From the NCBI RefSeq assembly GCF_009914755.1, contig NC_060933.1: DNA of 64,000 nt. One strand, 5' to 3'. Position 1 is the first letter of the stretch. Each line of letters begins with the position of its first letter. The notes under the pieces were generated by a model, which saw only the letters and a program-made list of their open reading frames with translations, had not been told where the DNA came from and ran no database searches. The position numbers were made by a program, and so were the translations under genes. This DNA is from the human T2T-CHM13v2.0 reference genome, Homo sapiens. Below are positions 52,468 to 64,000 of the stretch, in pieces.

Positions 52468-53450
52468 AGGGGCCCGGCCCTGCACAGCGCCCTGGGGAAG
52501 CTGGTTTGAAAGCTCTGGAGAGACCCCAGTGCCGGGTAAAGGACAAGATTTGCCCAGACGGAAGGGAACTTGGGGAGAGGTGGCCGTAAGAGTGTGGGAT
52601 GAAAATGTTTCGGGCAGAGCGGTCGGAACACACCTGAGGAAAGCATGGTGGGAGGAGTCATTAATATGAATGAGTGGCAGGGACAGGGCGTCCTTGCAGC
52701 GCCCTCGGTGTTGGAAGGGAAGACCGTGCAGCGCGATGGGGATCAGGGCGGCGGGCCGCAGCCGGGGTGGGGTTGGACGCCGGTCAGGGTGCCTTGAAGC
52801 AGATTCTGTCCTCAGGAGCTGCAGTTCTTCCTCCTCCGCCCTCACCGGCGGGCGACCTTAGGCAGGGAGTGAAATGCAACGGGAGCCCTGGAGGGAGGGT
52901 GAAGCCGCGCGTGCAGGAGGAACCTCCTATTGGCGAGTTCAGGTCCCCCAGCTGCGGAGGTGGGGGACCCTGTGTGGCAGCCTGCTGAGCGGCTGCGTGC
53001 TCCGCCCTTGGAGGGGGGAAGCTGTAGCCCCCCTCCTCGTTTTCAGCCAAGAAACCGCTAGTTACCCCCTTATGCAACCAAGACTGTAATAACCCTGTCA
53101 CCTTTCACGGCCCTCCGGGTCTGCGCCCATCCTCTGAGTATTCACTCATCCACCCCGAGGCCTGTTTTCCTCACCTGTTGTCCCTCTGGCAGAACCTAGG
53201 CCCCTCGGAGACCAGCCAGCATCTATCTGCCCGCTGTTCCCACCCACCACACTCCCTCCCCAGTTCTATCCCAGCTCCTTAGACGGTTGGAGTTCAAACC
53301 TCAGACCATGACAGCACACAGGCCTGGACTCCGGTATGGCCCTGGACAAGTTCCTTAATCTCTCTGAGCCTCAGCTTTCTTCCACGTGAAGCAGCGGTAA
53401 CATTGTTATTAGGAGCCTCCCGGCCCCAGCACACCGACATACATACAACT
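52468..53450 (-). promoter_or_regulatory. CpG island / candidate promoter, probably firing leftwards
   Basis: Non-repeat, GC- and CpG-rich stretch in AT-rich surroundings. On the minus strand: GC box (53002-53007), then CCAAT (52929-52933), then a donor CCG|GTGAGG at 52846/52845. Confidence 0.65.
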
Positions 53451-53645
53451 GGATATCCATCCTGCCTGTGAGGAGTCGTCTTTACTTTGGGTTGTTTCTT
53501 GTCCACAGAGGTCCACACTTTATTTTCCTGGAGGCACCAGCGGAGTCACTGATGCACCCCTGCATCCAGCATGTTTAAGGGAGACAGTCTGGGGAGGGCA
53601 GGAAGAGCCTAGAGGGTCCCCTAGTGATTAGGGCTGTGATGGGGA

Positions 53646-54263
53646 TGTTACTGGAAAAGGGTCCCTATCCAGACCCCAAGAGAGGGTTCTTGGACCTCCT
53701 GCAAGAAGGAATTTGGGGCAAGTCCATAAAGTGAAAGCAAGCTTATTAAGAAAATAAAGGAATGAAAGAATGGTTACTCCATAGGCAGAGCAGCGGCATG
53801 AGCTGCTCGACTGACTATACTTACAGTTATTTCTTGATCATATGCTAAACAAAGGGTGGATTATTCATGAGTTTTCCGGGAAAGGGGTGGGCAATTCCTG
53901 CAACTGAGGGTTCCTACCCTTTTTAGACCCTATAGGGTAACTTCCTGATGTTGCCATGGCATTTGTAGACTGTCCTGGCACTGGCAGGACTGTCATTTAG
54001 CATGGAAATGCATTATAATTAGCATATAATGAGCAGTGAGGATGACCAGAGGTCACTTTCGTCACCGTCTTGGTTTTGGCTGGCTCCTTTACTGCATCCT
54101 GTTTTATCAGCAAGGTCTTTGTGACCTGTATCTTGTGCGGACTTTCTATCTCATCCTGACTTAGAATGCCTAAGCTAGTGGGAATGCAGCCTCACAGGTC
54201 TCAGCCTTATTTTACCCAGCCCCTATTCAAGATGGAATCGCTCTGGTTCGATCACCTCTGACA
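53646..54263 (-). mobile_element. MER41 (B-like) solo LTR
   Basis: tgttactggaaaagggtccc...ccagaccccaagagagggttcttgga...cctctgaca; 618 nt; TSD ggga/gggg. Confidence 0.88.
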
Positions 54264-54365
54264 GGGGCAGTGTACATTCACATCTTGGCCTTTGCTGCCT
54301 CATCCTTCCAGATCTTTCAGATGCTTGCCCTCTGGCATTCTAGGATAGGAAGACTGCTTCCAAAG

Positions 54366-55426
54366 TGACGCAGGATTTTTCTCGGACACTTTTCCAACTG
54401 CAGACTTCTGGCTGGCGATGCCCCTGCCCATGCCTAGCTCTGCCCCAGGCAGGAGGTGCCCTGCCCACTTGGGCTTGCACTCTGGTGGGGATCCTGCAGC
54501 CACCGAGACTGCATGCTCAGCCCCAGTAGGAGGGGGTGTGTGATCAAGTGAGTGCCTCATCTTGCCAGCAACTCCAAGTGCTGGCACAGGAGCGGGCTCC
54601 CTTTGGGGCCTGCAGCTTCATCAGGCCTGTTGGAAGTGACTCCGGGGGTGAACTCTGGCATGCAGATGAAGGGAAATTGGTGGCGCCCAAACAGGAAAGC
54701 ACTCGACTCTGAAGCCCCAGAGGGGATGTTACAGCCATGCTAACAGCTCTTTTAGTCCCACCGTCAGCAGCCTGACAAACGGGCATGTTAACAATGAATG
54801 GGGGGTGTGTTAACAACTCTGTCAGTCCTGTTGCCTGCTCCTGCCGGAGGCTCCCTGGCTGGCCTGGCCCTGCACTGCCTCTCATGGCAAGGGGCTGCCA
54901 CTGGGCACAGATAGTGGGGGGGGGGGTGGAGGGCTATGGTGTTACTGCCTTCTTCGTACCCTTTGCTGACAATGGAAAGGTGAAAAGGGCGGAGAAGAGT
55001 TTTATGAAGCAATGAAACAGCTCTCAGCGGAGAGGGGATGCGAGGGTGGTCCCTGACCTGAAGTCAGGTGGTCTCTCTCCCAGCGTGGCTGGGTCCGGGG
55101 CTTTTATGGGCTCAGAAGTGGGGACTGCATGCTGATTGGTTTACGAGTATACAAAAAAGGCTAAAACAAAGGAACCATTCAAAGGTGGCATGACAGTGTA
55201 GAAAACCACTTAGGGAAGGGTAGATATATGTAAAGTAAGTGAAGTGTGGGGATCAGTCAGAGGAAAGTGCACCAACAGGAAGAGATGTTCTCAGCTCGGT
55301 CCATGGATTTATCCAAGACTTGTAGCTTAGCTTTTGGGCTTTAAACTGCCTTTGGTTTGAAAGTTGGATTTCATTGGGGACATGCCACTATCTGCCTAGG
55401 GGCTTGTCTGACTCCTGCCACTATTA
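54366..55426 (-). mobile_element. MER52-family solo LTR
   Basis: tgacgcaggattttt...ctcctgccactatta; TSD AAAG. Confidence 0.78.
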
Positions 55427-55719
55427 AAAGTACTAAATCAGTGCATCTAGCCTGAGGGCTGCCCCTCATCCACCCAGCAGAGGTTTTTGTTTTGTTTTGT
55501 TTTTCTTTTGTTTTAATTAAAATTTTAATTAAAAGGGACTAATATAGAGGGTTTTTAAAAAATTACCATATGTGTTGAGTATTTATGCTATGCCAAGCAC
55601 TTTGCATATATTTTCTCATTTAATCCTCTAAATAGCGAGGTTGATTGCCTTATCTCCATCCTATAGATGAGAAAGCTGAGACTGTGAGAAATTAAGAAAC
55701 CCACATGAGGTCATGTTGT

Positions 55720-56990
55720 ATGTAAGTTAGTTTTTGCTGCATCATAAACCACCCGTTTATGATTTCAAACAGGTAATACTTGTTTCTCAATAACTGGATG
55801 GGGGCTGGATGGCTAAGGGGCCTCATATTTTAGGGACAGGAGGAGCTCATCGTCAGCTGGGTGATGGGAATGCGACCACAAGTCTCATTATCCAGGAGAG
55901 CTTGAACATAGGGGTTGAGTTTCAAAAGCAGCATAAGGGCAGCAACACAAGAACTTCCCATGTCTCACTTATGTCATATTTGCTATTCTCCCATTGGCCA
56001 AAGCAGGTCACAAGGGCATGGCCAGCCGGTATGGAAGGGGACAACCAAAGGGGTAGACACAGGGAGTGAGAATTGCTGCCATTTTCCCCAACAAAGAATC
56101 TACCATCCATAGCTTCTAAGTGTACAACTGGAAATCAAAACTAAGTTTGTCTTACTTGAAAGTTCAAAACTGTCTTGGAGCTACTGCCCGGGGTCTAGGA
56201 ATCCAGAACATTCCACACATTGCCTAAGTCAACAACCTGTTGCGCACACACACCAGCAACTGTTTTACAAAAGTATGTGGATCTGGTTGTCATTGATAAA
56301 ATGCAAATTAATTTAGATGTATTATTCCATTCATAGTATAATTTTGTTGTATTTTCAAATCAACAGATATTTACGTCATTTCAAAGCAGCTCTTCACAAA
56401 TTATTCATTAGTTACAAAAGGAAGTCACTTCACAGTGGAAAAATCTGGCAGGCGCCACCTTAATCAAGTAACCAAAATGAACATCCTCAGTAATAGGACA
56501 AATTGCAATCGTGTGCCTCCTGATAGTCTAGCAAGAAGAACACAGCATCACTTCTATGATGCTCCTGCCAATAATACATAACTGGAATCTAATCCTAAAG
56601 CAACAAATTCAAATTAAGGAAAATTCTACAAAATAATTGGCCTGTAATAGAAGTGTAAAGTCATGAAAGTTAAGGAAAGACTGAAGAACTGTTCCAGACT
56701 GAAGATGAAAGAGACGTGAGAAATAAGTGCAGTGGTGATTCTGAACTGGATCCTGACTTGGCAAAACTTGAATAGGTCTGTTGGTTGGATGGTAGAAATC
56801 TATTAATGTTGATTTCCTGATTTTGCTAGCTATATTACAATTTTATTGCATTCAGTCCTTGTTTATAGAAGACATACAGTATGTAGGGGTTATAGGGAGT
56901 CAGGTCAGGAACTTTCAAGTCATTTAGCAAAACAAAAGTTCTTTGTACTTTAATTCCAAGACTTCTATGAATTTGAGATTATTTTTAAAA
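55720..56990. mobile_element. Old MLT1-like LTR (55720-56110) and L1ME-like 3' end (56395-56990)
   Basis: tcccattggccaaagcaggtcaca (MLT1); acagtggaaaaatctggcaggcgccaccttaatcaagt (L1ME). Confidence 0.65.
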
Positions 56991-57135
56991 TACTTAAAAA
57001 AAACTCCTTTAAAGTCTCTCAACATGCTGTCCTATTAATAATAGATTTCTAAATTTGTTTTTATTTTTATCAAGGTTTTGTGTGCCCATAGTTTGAAGTA
57101 TTAAATCTTTTTTTATTTATTAAAATATTTTTTAA

Positions 57136-57876
<741 letters not shown>

Positions 57877-58211
57877 TGTTGAAATCAAGTTTAGCCTAAA
57901 GCTGCCTCCTTATATATTTAAGTTTGGCCTAAAAGTTTGTCTGTATATTGTGACAAGTGGAGGTGTAAACAGACTACACTTGTGCCAATCACTGAGTTTT
58001 GGCCAATCAAATGTAGCCAACTGTTCAAACCATGTTCAGATAAGGCAAATGCCAAGCTGCAGCCAAACCCAGCTGTTTCTGTACCTCACTTCCATTTTCT
58101 GTCCATAAACCTTCCACCGCGTGACTGTGCTGGAGTGTCCGAGCCTACTCTGCCTGGGAAGGCTGCCCGATTCTTGAACTGTTTGTTGCTCAATTAAACT
58201 CCTTTAAATTT
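57877..58211 (+). mobile_element. MER57-family LTR, 3' end missing
   Basis: tgttgaaatcaagtttagcctaaagctgcctcc...tgctcaattaaactcc. Confidence 0.8.
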
Positions 58212-58219
58212 AAAAAAAA

Positions 58220-59945
<1,726 letters not shown>

Positions 59946-60615
59946 TTTTTTTAAAGTACAAACTATTTTTTTAAATACAAAAACATTACATAGAGTGAAC
60001 TCTATGGCACAGCTGCCATACTGAAGGAATTATACTGTGTTTAAAAACCTGATTAAAAATTAAGTTTTTAAAAAATGGGGTCATTAAATTTTATTTTAAG
60101 GTTTTAACAGTTCTTTACCCAAGCCAAACATTTTATCTACAGTTGCCCAAGGAAATGCAGTAAGCGGGTTACTTAATTTCCTCCCTGTGGCAATCCTTGG
60201 CTCTCGCCCTTCTTAACACTTTATTAATGCAAGTCAGCAACTGCTAGTTTTACATCTTATCTTTCATCAATGTTTAAGAGATAGCAAGTCTAGGGCTCAC
60301 TATGATCTGCTAATATAGTTCTTAACAAGACACTTAGCTTCCATAGTTATTTGCCAATGAAGCAAGAAAGTGGTACCACTTCATCATTATTCTGATTTTA
60401 TTGGAGAGAGTGAATGTGTGAGTTTACTGAGGGAAGCAGCCCAAGGAAGTGGGATGGGACAAATTCTACAACAGAGATCACCCATAGACAAGGAGTGGAC
60501 CCATGAAACTTAAAGACGTAGCGATTTAGGGAGTGACTTTACATCCTAGGATTAATGTCTTTGGGGGTTTATGATTAATATTTAGTTCCTTGTTGCCATG
60601 TAACAGAAGATGTAA

Positions 60616-60942
<327 letters not shown>

Positions 60943-61369
60943 AATTTTGGTTTTAATTAGAAACTAGATAGGATGCGTACCAAATATATATTATGACGTG
61001 TCCCCACCCCCTGCCAAATAGACACATATACATTGTCTCCTTATCTTTTCTCCAATCACAGTATCTATTTCACTCACAACTTTTATGCAAAATCATGAAA
61101 TAAAAATAATTTAAAAAATTATTAATCTTCAAAATCTTAAAAATTATTAATCAAATGGATAAATTTGATATATGTGATATTATTTGTCTTTGGTAATTTT
61201 GTAAAGACTTTTAAACTGTTTTTAACATTCAAAAGGAAAGACACATCTCTCTCTTTTAATGTAGAAGGTCAGTCTTGGTTATTTACAGCATACATGGGGG
61301 GCCTTATCTGATTCCCCAATCCCTGGAAAAATAGAGTTGAATGCTCATTTGATCCCATTCCACATGCTA

Positions 61370-61835
61370 CTGGTTTCCCTCCTGTTCACCCTGCTCCAGC
61401 CTTGAGGATGTTCTTGTTGAAATATCACCATCCAAAGCTCTTCCTCTATCAGGCTTTTGCATTTGCTGTTCCCTTTTCCACATCTTCTCAAGGCTGGATC
61501 TTCTTTAGTTTTCAGCAAAATGTGAACTCTGTGAAGAGGCCTCCCTGACCACTCAAACTAAATTAGCCACTGCCCCATGACTAGTTTTTTTTTTTTTTTA
61601 ACTTCCTTAAAGTGCTTTAACTTCCTCAAGCCCTTATTATTATTCTTTGAGTGCATTTTGATTATTTGTTTCTTGTTTATCATCTAGAAGTAGATGACAA
61701 CTTCATGACAACAGGAACATAATCCTCATGAGAGCAGGCATTTTACTAGTATTGTTCACGATTACTCTCCCACTCCCATGTCAAGTTCTGTGCTGTGATA
61801 GGCATTCAATAAATAATGGAATGAATGAATGACAG
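61370..61835. mobile_element. L2 3' fragment
   Basis: ttttgcatttgctgttccctt...ggcattcaataaata...(gaat)n terminus. Confidence 0.7.
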
Positions 61836-62530
61836 ACAAATGTCACACATCATGCCACCTGATGTTATAACATCCAATGTTGATAACCGAACAGAAGCAA
61901 AATTAAAGGCCATGAGATATTGGAATGGTCACACTGATTAAAGGCTTTGTGGGCTGCACCTCATTGCACACATTTATCAATGACTGAATTAAGGTGATAT
62001 TTAGCAGTTTGATATTACCTATGAAAACAAACCAAATGGATGTAGCATGCTTTCTTTTTTTGAAACATATTTAATAATTGATTTCAATCATTTTCAATCT
62101 GAATTTTAATATACTTTTAACAACAGATTTCATAGTTTGGTCTTGTTTTTCTTGTTTGTTTAGTGACTCGTTTACTTGAGCATTAATATTAAGCCAGTTC
62201 TTTGTGTAGTTATATGTAGAAGTAGCCATCAACTCCCAAGCACCAACTCCAGGCCAGTTCGAATACGGAGGACTCACTTGAATTCCTGCATCTCAATGAT
62301 GGTACAGCCTGGAGCCCTTCTGTCCTCCATACCAATAGGCAGTTACAGCTGATTTGGTTGTTTGGCAGCGAATCTCTGTCCTGCTACCTTCAAGCTGCCA
62401 TTTCATTTCTTCAATATGGAGACAGGAAATGTGGCTTACCATCAGCAACAAGCTAGTAGTAATCATCCTCATGGAAGACATAAAAACGTTTGTCAAGAGG
62501 GTCCAAAGTTTGTAGCTGGTGAGAATGTAC

Positions 62531-62672
62531 AGGAAAGAAGGAAGGAAGGAAGAGAGGGAGGAAGAGAGGGAGGGAGGGTGGAAGAGACAGAGGGAGAGTG
62601 GAAGAAAGGGAGGAAGGAAGGAAAGAGGGAGGGAGTAAGAGAGTAAGAGAGAGAGCCTGAGAAAGATAGAGG
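62531..62672. repeat. Polypurine (GGAA/GGGA/GA)n low-complexity tract
   Basis: About 140 nt that are almost entirely A/G. Confidence 0.9.
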
Positions 62673-62729
62673 TGGATTCCACACATACCAGCAAAACAAA
62701 CTCATGAGGTAGAACTTTTTAGCATTTAA

Positions 62730-63095
<366 letters not shown>

Positions 63096-64000
63096 TAATT
63101 TGGTGCATTTTGCTTAAAGGAATGTAAGTTGACAAATGGTATGTGTAATTTCCCCTGTGGTTTCCCTCTTCAGAGTCTGTGCTCCCTGCATTGAATAATG
63201 AGATGTAAGTTTAGGAAATGCCTCCATGGTGTTCATTATACTTTGTGTATTTTCCCTGAGACAGGAAACAGGACTGTCTGCCAAAGAAAGCAATTTTTAT
63301 AAATTCACAGCCAACGGGGAATATTCCTTTCATTTTTTTTTAGCTAAATCTGTGATTTAACAAGTGTAGAGAAGTGTTTGTCAGCAAGGAGATTGAAACC
63401 ATTATGTCTTTCTCTACCTGTTGATAATGATATTGCAAGTGGGAAGTCGCAAATATATTGGCATCAATAGCAACACGGCAAGCAGATGAAGCTCCAAAAC
63501 TCGTCACCCACTTTGAAGCCAAATAAAAAGACCATTTTTCTTTCTAGTTATTAATGATGTGAAACTACAGACTGTAACTGCAAATAATCATTGGCAAGGG
63601 CAACATAAAAGTTATAAATTTAGGCTTTGAAAACAAATCAAACTTGAAGCAATCCTCTGTATTTTATTCCTAAATTAAAGATTTCCTCTTTTTTTTTGAG
63701 TGAAAGAACTTATACGTAAGCATGGAAATGAGAACTAAATCATTTGCTGAAACAATTGTCTGAGAGTTACTTAATTCAAAACCACTCTTGTCATATGAAA
63801 TAAAGCAGAACTTGATTAGCACGTAATAAAAGGCGATTAGTTTAACAGACAGTAAATATATTGCTGATTCCTGAAGTCTCTGGCCCCATTTTCTCTTCAG
63901 AAAACTATTTCAACTGATAGCATTCTCTCCTTTCATTGAAGTCCTATAGTAATTAAAATCAGTTATTTAATTATATACTGCCTTGATATACAGAGTTCAG

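Noticed and set aside
52388-53101. Overlapping ORFs in the CpG island
   Set aside because: GC-rich DNA is stop-poor; no recognisable domain.

Overview
Primate, almost certainly human, repeat-rich genomic DNA (human-specific AluYa5 and AluYb9 are present). I found no intact protein-coding gene. Three processed pseudogenes are recognisable: the 3' end of an ATP5F1A retrocopy (1-236), an SDR42E1 fragment (1944-2425) and a full-length FKBP4 retrocopy (24420-26052, minus) inserted into a THE1-type LTR. From memory, this combination fits the chromosome 9 pericentromeric segmental duplications; I have not verified that. The window also holds about 25 Alus, L1/L2/MIR fragments, a near full-length MaLR element, and an old two-LTR ERV1 provirus (31451-40066) with gag/pol remnants and a tRNA-Gln-like PBS. 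Solo LTRs include LTR22, LTR12, MER41, MER52, MER57 and MLT2. A CpG-island promoter lies at about 52.5-53.4 kb. Leads worth testing: (i) a chain of phase-compatible minus-strand candidate exons running from the CpG island; (ii) the FKBP4 retrocopy sits in sense orientation behind an LTR promoter and carries an ATG-initiated 354-aa FK2+TPR ORF; (iii) a MER41 LTR with an intact STAT1 GAS site lies just upstream of the promoter. The sequence alone does not demonstrate a new biological system. Repeat subfamily names and parent-gene comparisons come from recalled consensus sequences and need RepeatMasker/BLAST confirmation.
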